Shown here one piece after another: positions 1-10,290 of a stretch of 64,000 nt of DNA. The translations under genes and the position numbers were made by a program. The stretch is from Sulfolobales archaeon. Lineage in GTDB: Archaea > Thermoproteota > Thermoprotei_A > Sulfolobales > AG1. How positions within the stretch are numbered: the stretch's first letter is position 1; every line of letters begins with the position of its first letter. The stretch lies in assembly GCA_038867615.1 (NCBI GenBank), contig JAWBYA010000001.1, positions 448,001 through 512,000 of the forward strand, given 5' to 3'. The notes below the pieces were generated by a model. It was given only the letters and a program-made list of their open reading frames with translations. It was not told the origin of the DNA and did not search any database.

Positions 1-405
1 TCTAGGTTGGTTGGGCTGGATGCAAAGATCATCGGGATCAGTGTTGGCAGCCCTGCGGATAAGATTAGGAAGGAGATACACAGCCTAGTCCTTGAGGGTG
101 CTAAATACGCTGGGATTAAGGGCTTCGATATAGATCCCGAGGATATAATTGTGATCGATAGATATACATACGGAGGCTACGGATCAATAACAAAAGAAGT
201 GGTTGAAGCAATAACCCACGTTGCTAGAAAAGAAGCACTACTACTAGACCCAGTCTATACAGCCAAAGCCATGCTAGGCCTCATAGATCTCGTTGATAAA
301 GGCTATATAGAGAAAGAATCTAAGGTAATCTTCATACACACAGGAGGAATACCAATAATATTCCAATACGACAACATACTAGCACAATACACCCCAGAAA
401 GCTAA
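1..405 (+). CDS. D-cysteine desulfhydrase / ACC deaminase family PLP enzyme, C-terminal part (5' truncated by window)
   Basis: Motifs YGGYG, LLDPVYTAKA and FIHTGG typical of the family C-terminus. Confidence 0.85.
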   Translation, partial: SRLVGLDAKIIGISVGSPADKIRKEIHSLVLEGAKYAGIKGFDIDPEDIIVIDRYTYGGYGSITKEVVEAITHVARKEALLLDPVYTAKAMLGLIDLVDKGYIEKESKVIFIHTGGIPIIFQYDNILAQYTPES

Positions 406-551
406 GGTTAATCATCCATGCGCCTCAGCTTCACAGCGATCTTCCCACCCTCTATACCTAGCTCTAACCACACACCGCATCGGCATAAATGTTATATCTT
501 CGTGCTACAATCATAACTACACGGTTATAATAGGTTGTTTATTTAGGATAG

Positions 552-1627
552 ATAGCATTTCTAGTATGGGAATATGCCAGAGAGATCACAGTAATAATAA
601 CCATTCTGGGCACCTTAATACCGATCCTAGCCACTCTTGGGGGTATGACATACCGGCTTGGAAGGAGGTTTGCATTAATAGAAGCAAGGTTTAGAGAAAT
701 AGACAGAAGATTCGAAGCTATAGACAAGAGATTCGAGAACATTGATAAAAGATTCAGCGAGCTAAAAGAATACGTAGATACAAGATTTAATGAATTAAAA
801 GTCTATGTTGATTCAAGGTTCAATGAATTGAGAGAATATGTTGACTCAAGGTTTGATGATCTGAAGGGCTATGTTGATTCTAGGGTTTTGAGAATCGCTG
901 AGGCTTTTAGATCTTACCAGGAGTTCTTCATAGAGTATCTATCTTATCAAGGCGTAATCAGGGCTCCTCTAGAGGCTGAAATGCTTAAGAACGAGGCTTC
1001 CAGAATGATGAAACTAGCAACAATGAACCCCCTAACCAAGGAGGAGTGGGAGAAGATCAAGTACTACTTAGAGAAGGATCAATTGACACTCGAAGAAGCA
1101 TTAGAATTCAGAGAGCTTGCTAGAAAGGTTACAGACGAGTATGGGGTTCGGGCTTCATTGCGGTTGATTTTTATACCAACTGCTCTTCCCTTGGCTTCAT
1201 GGGCCTCAGGGCTCCTTTCATTGGAGCCCTTATCATTGGCCTCCACCCATTCGGGGTGACCCTAACCCACAGCTCCCCTTCATAGATTTTCTCTGGTTCA
1301 TTGCTGTGGGGGAACCCCCACATCCTGGATCTCTTTACCTCTACCCCGCCCACTCGGGTCTCTATCCCCACCCTCATTGTTGGGCGGGCATCCCCATTAG
1401 AATAATAGAGCTTATATAATGTTCCACAGAGAAAAATTCGATATCAACCCCTATAAACCATCACGAAATCCGAAACAGCTGGCTACGGTGATAGACCTGA
1501 GGCTTGGAAGCTACACATACTAGCATCAATAAGAGTGGGAGAAGCGATGAGGAGAATGAAAGAAGAAATGGAGAAGAAGAAAGAGAAAGAAAAACAGGAG
1601 AAAGAAGGATCTAAGCAGGAAGGTTAG
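552..1627 (+). pseudogene. Membrane-anchored coiled-coil repeat protein (PaREP-like crenarchaeal family) interrupted by a 344 bp element
   Basis: 7-aa (RFxxIDK) and 11-aa (ELKxYVDSRFx) repeats. Removing 1145-1488 gives in-frame EYG-DRPEAWKLHILASIRVG... ending at TAG 1625-1627. A hydrophobic N-terminal segment is in frame from ATA 552; first ATG is at 645. Confidence 0.8.
1143..1488 (-). mobile_element. Non-autonomous IS607/IS200-605-like element (MITE), copy 1, carrying putative omega-RNA
   Basis: Closely matches 44335-44686 (inverted). GG at both junctions, no terminal inverted repeats. Internal TATA at 1411-1419. Interrupts an ORF. Confidence 0.85.
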
Positions 1628-1792
1628 GTTTAATACTAGCTATTCTACCCTTAGCTTCGCTATCACCAGGATCTCTTCGGTGGGATCTCCTTAGTGCTGT
1701 AGGAAGCCCTTGCATATTGGTATATCCCTGCCTATCCATCGAGGGGCTCTGCCCCGCGCTATATATGAGGTTTGAGTAGATGCTGGTTTTTG

Positions 1793-2503
1793 CTACCACA
1801 TTGTGAGGATCTTTTTCATAGCTCTAGCGTTTTCAAGCATCCAGTGGTTGTTGTTGAAGAATACATATATTTTTCTAGGGTTTAGCTTTATCACCGCTCT
1901 CGCTATTTCCTCGAGCTCCTCCTCTGTGTATTCGTATGAATACCATGCCTGTCTACCGTGGAGTCTTAGGTAGACGGTGTTGTTGCTCGAAACTATCCAC
2001 GTACCTATCGGTGAGTCTATAGATACGAGCGTGATCCCGATCTCACGGCATATTCTCACTGTGTTCTCGTTAAACCAGCCGGGGTCTCTGAGCTCTAACG
2101 CCATCCTCTCGCCCAGCCCTGTTGCCTCTGCAAACCTCCTAAGCCTTGTGAGAGACTTCTCATTCATCTTAAATGCTGGGGGCATCTGGAATAGGTAGAA
2201 GTCGATATAATCATCAAGCGGTGCAAACAGCCCTCTAAACCTATGCCATATATCCAGGGAACCCTCACCAAGTCTCCTAAGATGAGTTATACTCCTATGA
2301 ACCTTCACAGCCCAGCGGATCCCGGCAGCTTCTGTTCTTTTCTTCCAACCGGCTATCTGGTTTGGAAATGGGAATCTATAGAAGGAAGCGTTTAGCTCAA
2401 CTGCATTAAGCCCTGAATATCTTAGATACCAGTCAAAAGATAGATCCTCGTTCCAGTCATAAAGCCACCCGGAGGTACCTACATAGACTTCCACCAATAC
2501 CAC
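1793..2503 (-). CDS. DUF72 (YecE) family protein
   Basis: VGTSGW, VELNASFYR, YLRLHGR and VFFNN motifs. Confidence 0.9.
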   Translation of the reverse strand: MVLVEVYVGTSGWLYDWNEDLSFDWYLRYSGLNAVELNASFYRFPFPNQIAGWKKRTEAAGIRWAVKVHRSITHLRRLGEGSLDIWHRFRGLFAPLDDYIDFYLFQMPPAFKMNEKSLTRLRRFAEATGLGERMALELRDPGWFNENTVRICREIGITLVSIDSPIGTWIVSSNNTVYLRLHGRQAWYSYEYTEEELEEIARAVIKLNPRKIYVFFNNNHWMLENARAMKKILTMW

Positions 2504-2595
2504 CTACTAATCCTAAACTGTTTGTCTCTTCTCGATTCTATGGTAGATCTACTTTATTTTTATTTTTGTCTTGCTTATAAACTTGGTTTGGGTGT

Positions 2596-3714
2596 ATGGT
2601 GGGTTATCTGGTGTTTCTTAGGAAGTCTGGGAGTGCTTTGGCGATTATGGCTTTGGCTCTTCTTGTGGCTGTGGCTGTTTCTATGACTTCTGTTGCTAAC
2701 TATGTTGGTTCTCAGCCTGGGGTTTTGGCTGGTTCGGTGCGTGTTGGTGGTAGTTATCTTATCCTGGGTAGGGGTGCTGATGGTTTGATTGATAGTCGTG
2801 TTGATTCTGGGCTGGTTGGGCTTTTCTCTGGTGTGAAAGGAGTTAGCTATGTTTTTCCCCAGAGGGTTTTTGAGTCTAGCTTGCACACTGGCTCGGGGGA
2901 TCTTGGGGTGAGGGTTAGGGCTGTGGATCGTCTTGGTGATTATCTAAGACACTATGGTGCTAGTGTGAGGGGTTCTCCGGCCAAGGGGGTTTATGAGGCA
3001 TGCGTTGGTGAGGTTCTGGCTAGGATTGCTGGTGTTGATGTGAATAGCACTTTAAGGCTCTCCCTAGATGGGAGGGATACTAGCTTCACTGTATCTTGTG
3101 TTTATAGGTCTCGGTCGGCTTTGGATTCAGAGATCCTAGTACCCCTCACTATGGCAAGGGGCTCTGAGCTATCTATCATAGAGTTTGTTATCGATCGCGG
3201 TGCTAGCGAGGCCGAGGTTCTTGGATACCTAGGCAAAACGCTGCCCAGTAGTGTGAGGATTGTTAAGGTTCAGCAGCTCGATGTCTTTTTATCAGATATG
3301 AATTCCCAGACCATGGGTCTCCTGGGCTTTTGGAGCTCTATGGTCTATGCATCCGTGTTTGTAGCTTCATACGTGATCACCACGAGGCTTGTGCTCGAAT
3401 CAAGCTACGAGCTATCAGTCCTCAGGGCTTTGGGGGCTGGGAGGAGGTATATCCTAGCCTCGTTATTAGTATATATAGTGATCGTAGCAATAGCAGGCTC
3501 TGCACTGGGCATTGCTATAGGTGTTGTGGGAGCACAGGTTATCTCAACAACCCTCAGGTGGGCTCAGCTTGGTATAGAGCTAGCACCGTTCCTCAAGCCG
3601 GAGCAGGCTGCCTGGATATCGATGCTCACAATACTATCATCAATCCTGGGCTCGCTATACCCAGCCCTCAGGTTTATCCACGAGAGATATAGGGATCTGT
3701 TCTACGAGGTGTAG
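2596..3714 (+). CDS. ABC transporter permease, FtsX/MacB family
   Basis: N-terminal TM helix, extracellular domain, ELSVLRALGA motif, three C-terminal TM helices. Confidence 0.85.
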   Translation: MVGYLVFLRKSGSALAIMALALLVAVAVSMTSVANYVGSQPGVLAGSVRVGGSYLILGRGADGLIDSRVDSGLVGLFSGVKGVSYVFPQRVFESSLHTGSGDLGVRVRAVDRLGDYLRHYGASVRGSPAKGVYEACVGEVLARIAGVDVNSTLRLSLDGRDTSFTVSCVYRSRSALDSEILVPLTMARGSELSIIEFVIDRGASEAEVLGYLGKTLPSSVRIVKVQQLDVFLSDMNSQTMGLLGFWSSMVYASVFVASYVITTRLVLESSYELSVLRALGAGRRYILASLLVYIVIVAIAGSALGIAIGVVGAQVISTTLRWAQLGIELAPFLKPEQAAWISMLTILSSILGSLYPALRFIHERYRDLFYEV

Positions 3715-3718
3715 GAGC

Positions 3719-4900
3719 TTGGGATCAGCTATCACAAGGCTCTCGGGGTTTAGCTATCTGAGGAGGCGTTATATCCTAACACTAGTACTTGTTCTCACAA
3801 TAGCATCAGCACTATTCTCCACAACAGCATTCATACTGCTAGGGATCTACGAAACCCTCGAAGCCCAGCTTGGTGGTGGTAGCAATATAATGATAATCTA
3901 TAACCCTGGGAGCAGGACACCATACACAAGCTCTGTCCCCGCACATCTAGCAATAAGGCTATCAGAGATCGGGGGAGTGCTAGCTAGCAGCCCTGAGGTT
4001 ATAACACCATGCATTGTTAATGGGAGATCTGTTTTTATGAGGGGAGCGATCCCAGAGGATCTGGGCAAGATCGACGGGCTAACCATCATAGACGGCGACC
4101 GGATAGGCCTAAGCGATATAGACTCAGCCCTCATAGGTAGAAACGCTGCCGAGAGGCTCGGGCTAAGGGTAGGGGATACGGTGCTTGTCTTCAGCATTCT
4201 GAGCGATAGATATGTAGAGCTAAGGATCAGAGGTATATTCATCTCAGGCTCAGCTCTGGATGACGAGATCGTAGCACCATTATATGTTGCACAGTGGCTA
4301 AGCGGCCTGGACTATGGGAGCGTAACCCTCATAAGGCTCAAGCTAAGCCCCTCCGCAAACATCTCCGAGGTGCTCAGCATTGTTAGGGCAGAGCTTCCGA
4401 AGCCCACCCAGCCTGAGCCGGGGGAGCTCACGCCCTTAGAGCTGCTAGTGCTATGGAGTGCTGGGAGGTCTGGCCAGGTGAGTGCTGAAGAGGCTTCGAG
4501 GTTTGTTGAGAGCTATGTTGGTAGGTATGGCGTTACTAGGGAGGCTCTCCTAACAGCATCGATCTCTACTCTTGTCTTCTCAAGCCTAGCAATAGTCCTG
4601 GCCTCGAGAACCCTTGTTGCCCAGCATAGGGGTGAGCTGGGTGTTCTGAGATCTCTGGGTGCTTCTAAAAAGCTCCTCAAGATAGATCTATTGATCAAGC
4701 TACTACCATGGATAATAATATCCTCAATACTCGGGATCCTCATAGCCTCAGCATACCTAGCCATAATCCAGAGCTACGGCTTTCTACAGATATTCTCGCA
4801 CACAGTAAAGCTCGAGATCGACCCGCTCATCATAATCCTAAGCATAGCCTCATCAACAACGCTAACAACACTCGGAATCCTTGGGTGCGAGCTACAATGA
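3719..4900 (+). CDS. ABC transporter permease, FtsX/MacB family
   Basis: IGRNAAERLGLRVGD and ELGVLRSLGAS motifs. Confidence 0.85.
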   Translation: MGSAITRLSGFSYLRRRYILTLVLVLTIASALFSTTAFILLGIYETLEAQLGGGSNIMIIYNPGSRTPYTSSVPAHLAIRLSEIGGVLASSPEVITPCIVNGRSVFMRGAIPEDLGKIDGLTIIDGDRIGLSDIDSALIGRNAAERLGLRVGDTVLVFSILSDRYVELRIRGIFISGSALDDEIVAPLYVAQWLSGLDYGSVTLIRLKLSPSANISEVLSIVRAELPKPTQPEPGELTPLELLVLWSAGRSGQVSAEEASRFVESYVGRYGVTREALLTASISTLVFSSLAIVLASRTLVAQHRGELGVLRSLGASKKLLKIDLLIKLLPWIIISSILGILIASAYLAIIQSYGFLQIFSHTVKLEIDPLIIILSIASSTTLTTLGILGCELQ

Positions 4901-6885
4901 GATCTCCATGGCTCCTCCCCGTAATACTGATCCTAGTATTAGCGATCCTAGCAACCCACCTAACTCCCCGGACACAGCCATACATATACCTCAGGGCTGC
5001 TGCAACCTCAGCAATCCCACTATTCCTAGTAGGATTCGCGTTCGTCAAGCTCCTCCTAGTCCGCGAAGCCCTGGGCTTTCTAGAAAGAACTGTGATCTCG
5101 ATCTGTGTGGGCCTCGCACTAACACCCCTAATCACGCTAATCCTCAACTACACCCCCTACGGGATCAAGGAGGATCCCCTCCTAATAACACTCTCAGCAA
5201 TAACCCTCCTCCTAGCACTATGTGCAGCACTCAGGGAGAGGAGTGGAAGAAGCACGGGCAGCACTCCCCACACAGTGTTTCGAGGGGGTGCCAGGGATCT
5301 TGGTTCCGTCTTGTCAGCAGCCTTTCCCCTGGTTCTAGCCTTCTCGCTAAGGATCAGTCCGTTTCTGATGAGCGGTTTACCATTCTCGGTCGATGCATGG
5401 CCATCTATAGGCTATGCTGCATTCCTACTCAAAAACTCACCCACAGAGCTGGATGCGTCTCTAAGCAGCGAGGAGCTTGGGGATCGCCTCTTCGGAGCGG
5501 CTATATCTGCTCTAACAGGCTTGGAACCAGTTATAGCTATGGCTTTCTTCCTACCCCTTGTGGGCGCTATCTCGATCCTTGTCTTCTACACACTGGTAAG
5601 GGGGATATATGGTGAGAGGGTTTCCCTCATAGCATCCATACTGCTCTCCACAGCATTTACAGACGCTATACTGACTGCTGGGGTTAAGGGTGAGACGTAT
5701 GCACGCCCCCTCCACATGGCCCTACTCCTGATCTTTCTACATAGGTTGATACCCTTTCCAAAAAAGATCCTATTGTTCATATTGATCGGAGCCTCACTAG
5801 TCATCACACACTACTACCTAGCACTCGTAACCATAGCTATATTGATATCCATGGGTACAGCGATCTCCATACTCAGGTGGAGGAGCGGATCAGGGCTTGA
5901 GATCCGCGGCCTCCTCTTCCCACTAATCCTAGCACTCCAGACCCTAGCATACGCCATGCTCTACGCCAAACAGATCCTAAGCTTCACCTCGACTATCGAC
6001 TGGCTATCAGCATCATCCTACCAACTCCTATTCTTCTCCCTAGCCCTATACCTAGCACTCAGAAGACCGCCAAGCCGTGCTGAGATCGCAGCACACATCG
6101 CTGCGATAGCATCGGCAGCACTGCTCCTCACAATAACAGCAACAAAAGTATCACTAGTCCTCGGAGCCCCAGTATTTCCCCAACACTACCTAGTATACGC
6201 AGCCCCCCTCATAGTATCCGCCCTACTAGGGGTTCTGGGATACGAAGCGCTTAGCAGGACGCGTAATGATCTCCAGATGCTAGTCCTATTCTGGCTAGCC
6301 GCGGTGCTCGGGCTCGAGGCATACTCTATCTTTGGGAGCACAGAGCTAGGGCTTATAGCGCATAGGGGTTTGAACCACATAATACCCCCACTATCGATCA
6401 TATGTGCCCTCGGCCTCCTCAGAGCATTTAGGGCTAGAGGCTCCGGCCTAAGGAGGGTTGGTGTGGTTCTAGCTATTGCTGCGTTCATCTTTATCCTGGC
6501 TGTTAATCTCTATGCTTTCTACGCAACGCTTCTGGCTTTTGAGCGCTATACGGGCTACTTCTGGCTCTACAGGTCTTCGGAATACTATGCTGGTCTATGG
6601 ATCTCGAGCAGCTATGATGGTGTTGTTGCTGGTGATATGAAGTTCTACTACTTCTTGAGATACTATTTCGGGGTGGATGTTAATGTTATGCAGGGGCTTC
6701 TCTACCTATCGGGGAGGGATCGGGCGCCTGAGATGCTGGTAATATATGATCAGATGTTTTCAAAAGGCTATGTAGTCTCGCCAGGCTATGGTGTTGATAT
6801 GCCTGAGGGCTGGGTTTCAAGGCTCGGGGATCTGAGCCTAGTATACTCAAATGGCGTTGTTGAAATATATGGGAGGCCTGGCTAG
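4897..6885 (+). CDS. Polytopic membrane protein: DUF1616-like N-terminus plus GT-C-like domain
   Basis: Likely start ATG 4897 (ATGA overlap with upstream stop). LERTVISICVGLAL...LILNYTPYGI resembles 30084-30686. Many TM helices and a THY motif. Confidence 0.6.
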   Translation: MRSPWLLPVILILVLAILATHLTPRTQPYIYLRAAATSAIPLFLVGFAFVKLLLVREALGFLERTVISICVGLALTPLITLILNYTPYGIKEDPLLITLSAITLLLALCAALRERSGRSTGSTPHTVFRGGARDLGSVLSAAFPLVLAFSLRISPFLMSGLPFSVDAWPSIGYAAFLLKNSPTELDASLSSEELGDRLFGAAISALTGLEPVIAMAFFLPLVGAISILVFYTLVRGIYGERVSLIASILLSTAFTDAILTAGVKGETYARPLHMALLLIFLHRLIPFPKKILLFILIGASLVITHYYLALVTIAILISMGTAISILRWRSGSGLEIRGLLFPLILALQTLAYAMLYAKQILSFTSTIDWLSASSYQLLFFSLALYLALRRPPSRAEIAAHIAAIASAALLLTITATKVSLVLGAPVFPQHYLVYAAPLIVSALLGVLGYEALSRTRNDLQMLVLFWLAAVLGLEAYSIFGSTELGLIAHRGLNHIIPPLSIICALGLLRAFRARGSGLRRVGVVLAIAAFIFILAVNLYAFYATLLAFERYTGYFWLYRSSEYYAGLWISSSYDGVVAGDMKFYYFLRYYFGVDVNVMQGLLYLSGRDRAPEMLVIYDQMFSKGYVVSPGYGVDMPEGWVSRLGDLSLVYSNGVVEIYGRPG

Positions 6886-6886
6886 G

Positions 6887-7555
6887 ATGACCGCTCTAGA
6901 GCTCTCAGGGATATGGAAATCCTACGGCCCTATAGAAGTTCTCAGGGGTGTGGATCTAGGGGTTATGGGGGGTGAGTTCATATCGATAAGGGGCAGATCT
7001 GGTGTTGGTAAAACAACACTCCTAAAGATCGCGGGGCTTTTAGAGACACCAGACCGGGGTGTTGTGAAAATCCTAGGCAGAGATGTGGGTAGGCTGAGCG
7101 ATGGGGAGAGATCCTCGATAAGGCTCCACTACATAGGATTCATCCCCCAGCTCTTCAACCTAATACCAACACTAACAGTCCTTGAAAACGTAGAGCTACC
7201 CCTAGCCCTAGCAGGGATCAGCAAGCCCGCGAGGAGGGAGAGAGCCCTAGAACTCCTAAGATACTTCGACATAGCAAACCTAGCAACAAGATTCCCAAAC
7301 ACACTAAGCGGAGGAGAGAGACAGCGAGTAGCAATAGCAAGAGCACTAGCAAACAAACCAAAAATAATCCTCGCAGACGAACCAACATCACACCTAGACG
7401 AAGAAAACTCAAAATTATTACTAGAGCTGCTCAGCAAAATAAGCAGAGAAGGAGTAGCAATAATCATAACAACAACCGACCCCCACGAAAAAATACCAAC
7501 AACCAAAGACTATCTACTAAAAGAAGGCCGCCTACAACTGCTCAACAAACTCTAA
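6887..7555 (+). CDS. ABC transporter ATP-binding protein (LolD/MacB-like)
   Basis: GRSGVGKT, LSGGERQR, ILADEPT. The H-loop appears substituted (TTTD). Confidence 0.9.
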   Translation: MTALELSGIWKSYGPIEVLRGVDLGVMGGEFISIRGRSGVGKTTLLKIAGLLETPDRGVVKILGRDVGRLSDGERSSIRLHYIGFIPQLFNLIPTLTVLENVELPLALAGISKPARRERALELLRYFDIANLATRFPNTLSGGERQRVAIARALANKPKIILADEPTSHLDEENSKLLLELLSKISREGVAIIITTTDPHEKIPTTKDYLLKEGRLQLLNKL

Positions 7556-7763
7556 AACCACCCCACCGGATCCACGTTCGGGGTAAGGGGCCCGTATAAT
7601 AACTAAACCTATATAGAATAAAGGGTTATAGAATGAACAAAATATAGTTTCAATGATAAACCACGTCTATCACCTAGCCAGCAATACTATCAATAAGGAC
7701 AGATGCTCCACGTGGGTTCCTACTCTGACAAGCTCTATGGCTAGCTTCTTCACGATTCTTTGA

Positions 7764-9344
7764 CTAGGTTTTCGTTCGGGTTCTGAGGTTTAGGATTTTG
7801 TATTCGTAGAGTAGGATTGGCTTGATGAGGGGCCATAGGATCTTGATCTTGCTGAAAAGGAGTTTGAGGATCTCTAGATCTTGGGTTTGGATCCCGTTGA
7901 TCAGTGGGAGTATTGTTAGGTATGTGATGAAGAAGACTAGGCTGCCGAGCGCGATGTTAGGGATGCTATGTAGCGGTGAGAGGTGGATGAATAGTGTGAG
8001 GGGTATGGCTGAGACTGCTGATGCTAGATAGATCCTTAGCGAGGATGATATGTCTAGACTTACACCAACCCTCTTAACCGTTATGAGAAGCCCGTAGATC
8101 AGCGAGATCAGGCCTGAGATCAGGATAGAGGCGATCAATCCCAGAACCCCGTAGAGCATTGTTAATACTGTGGCCAGGGGGATTAAAGAGGATGTGTTGA
8201 TAAGATTGTATTTAAAAACGATCCTCGTCTCACCTATACCCCTAAGCATGTGCTCCAAAACTATGGAGCCCAAGCCCGCATAGATGTAGATCAGAATGTA
8301 TATGGATAGATATGTAGGAGCAAGGCTGTAGGCGTGGCCATAGAGAACATACACTATATCCTCAGCAATAATAGCCATAGCAATAGACGTCGGGACAATT
8401 AGTAGGGCTGTGTATTTTACAGATAATCTGAAGAGTCTTTTTAAATCCTCACCATTAGGATCAACTTTAGCAAAAGCCGGGAAGAGCGTTGTGAAGGGAA
8501 ACGCTAGGATGACTATTATTGTTGATAGCGTGGTTGCTGCTTGGAAATTACCGATCTCTGTATTCGAAGTGAAGTAAGATAGTATGATGACCCGGTATTG
8601 GCTTGAGAGGAGCATTAACAGTGCGGAGAAGTATAGCGGGAGACCGTATCTAAGCATTGCTCTAAGGTTATCTGAGAAGCTTAGACTGGATAGGCTGTCA
8701 AGGCTTTTATAGAGCTTGAGTAATATGAAGATCCCGGCGATGCTTGCAACTGCATAGCTCAGTACATGGCCCGTGATTGCGCCCAGAACGCTGAAACCCA
8801 GCAATATGAGCAAGGGCGCCAGGAAGGTTTTCATAATAGACTGGAGGTTCATTAATAGAGCATTGTTCTCCATCCTGTCTAGACCGATAAAGGCCGAGCT
8901 TACTGTGGCGAGAAGGCTTTGGAAAAGGATTAGAGGTGAAGCTAACCTGATGTAGAAGCCCAGCTCGGGTCTATTCACTATAAAGGCTGCCAGGCTATCA
9001 GAGAATGTGAGGCAGAAGAAAGACATAGAAGCCCCGATTAGAAATTTGAATAGAAGCCCTGTCCTCAGAACGCTTGCCACAAGCTCATTCCTAGATTCAG
9101 CTCTAAGCCTAGCCGAATACCTAACTAAAGCCGCATCTAAGCCAAAGCCTATAAACCCTATAAGGAGCGAGGGTATAACGAGCGAGATACTGTAAACACC
9201 ATAGTTCTCGGGACCTAAAAGCCTAGCTATGATAATAGAGCCCACAGCCGATATTACCGTTGATAAAGCATTACCAGTTAGAAGGAATAGTCCTCCACGA
9301 ACAGCATCCTCAGCTATTCTGACAAGCTTGTTCGACGTGATCAC
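7764..9344 (-). CDS. Oligosaccharide flippase (Wzx/MOP family)
   Basis: IIARLLGPENYG motif, about 14 TM helices. Confidence 0.9.
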   Translation of the reverse strand: MITSNKLVRIAEDAVRGGLFLLTGNALSTVISAVGSIIIARLLGPENYGVYSISLVIPSLLIGFIGFGLDAALVRYSARLRAESRNELVASVLRTGLLFKFLIGASMSFFCLTFSDSLAAFIVNRPELGFYIRLASPLILFQSLLATVSSAFIGLDRMENNALLMNLQSIMKTFLAPLLILLGFSVLGAITGHVLSYAVASIAGIFILLKLYKSLDSLSSLSFSDNLRAMLRYGLPLYFSALLMLLSSQYRVIILSYFTSNTEIGNFQAATTLSTIIVILAFPFTTLFPAFAKVDPNGEDLKRLFRLSVKYTALLIVPTSIAMAIIAEDIVYVLYGHAYSLAPTYLSIYILIYIYAGLGSIVLEHMLRGIGETRIVFKYNLINTSSLIPLATVLTMLYGVLGLIASILISGLISLIYGLLITVKRVGVSLDISSSLRIYLASAVSAIPLTLFIHLSPLHSIPNIALGSLVFFITYLTILPLINGIQTQDLEILKLLFSKIKILWPLIKPILLYEYKILNLRTRTKT

Positions 9345-9668
9345 TCACCCAAAGCATTCTTCCAGTCTTTTCTTAATACCCACGGTTATTAATATGCATC
9401 GCTCTGCCTATGAAAAACCCCTTCTATCTCTTCGGAAAATCGCAAAACATTTTAGGATTAACATGTAAATAAAAGTCGAAAAGAGCTTTTCCAAGCATTC
9501 AATCCCATCTCTAAAGACGAGAAATACCCCAAAGACTACAAACACTTTCTCAAAACAAAGGATCTTCAGGAAAAACCAACGATACCCTAGAGGATCAAAG
9601 CTTTCATTGTGAGGCAATAAGAAAAACCGAATCGCTCTGAATCCCGCATTTTAAAAGATCCTCATATA

Positions 9669-10027
9669 TCAGAGCACTGCTAGCTCATAATATGATCTTG
9701 AATACTAAACCATCCATGTTGACGGATCCACCTTTAACCCTAACTTCTCAAGAACTGTAATGCCGAGTAGAGGCTCAGGAGGCTCCATGATAGCTACGGG
9801 GAATATACCCTCCCTTATTTTTATATATGCTAGAGATATGCTTGCCTCAGCAACACGCTTATCAGTCAGCGTTAGCTTTGTCCTTGCGTACTCCCGGATC
9901 CCGAGATCCTCTGCAATATGTGGAGGAATAACAGTATAAAAAACCCTGTATCGACCAGGAAGTCAAGCTCCCTGACATATGTCTTATCAATGCTTTCTAC
10001 AAGAGCCCTAACTCTAACATATCCCAT
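9669..10027 (-). pseudogene. Clan AA (retropepsin-like) aspartyl protease pseudogene
   Basis: MGYVRVRA...FLVDTG, frameshift in the T run, then YTVIPPHIAEDLG...EPLLGITVLEKLGLKVDP and an internal TAG. Confidence 0.75.
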
Positions 10028-10290
10028 GTTTTATACTCTATATAAAATAGGTAAAAATAGGACAACCCTATTGCTTTTCATTCGTGTTTCTGGTTATTCT
10101 ATCTATGATTGATAGCAAGTTTCGTATCTCCAGGCTCCTCTCGCTATACTGTGTTCTGGTTTAAATTTAAAATATATTTAATATTTAAGGCCTAAAATTT
10201 TGTTGTCTGTATGCTGCCTCCTCATAGCCTATTCCGTAGATTCTTAAGCTATGTCCTCCCTCTGTGATGGTGGGATTTACCTTAGTATTT

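Noticed and set aside
424-470. Possible fifth element relic (gcttcacagcg...cccaccctc)
   Set aside because: Only two short matching blocks; not distinguishable from chance by eye.
720-880. 33-bp and 21-bp periodic repeats resembling an array
   Set aside because: In-frame coiled-coil coding repeats with no spacers; not CRISPR.
1171-1377. 68-aa ORF, and 44376-44780, inside the element
   Set aside because: Most simply residual frames overlapping the structured RNA; starts and ends differ between copies.
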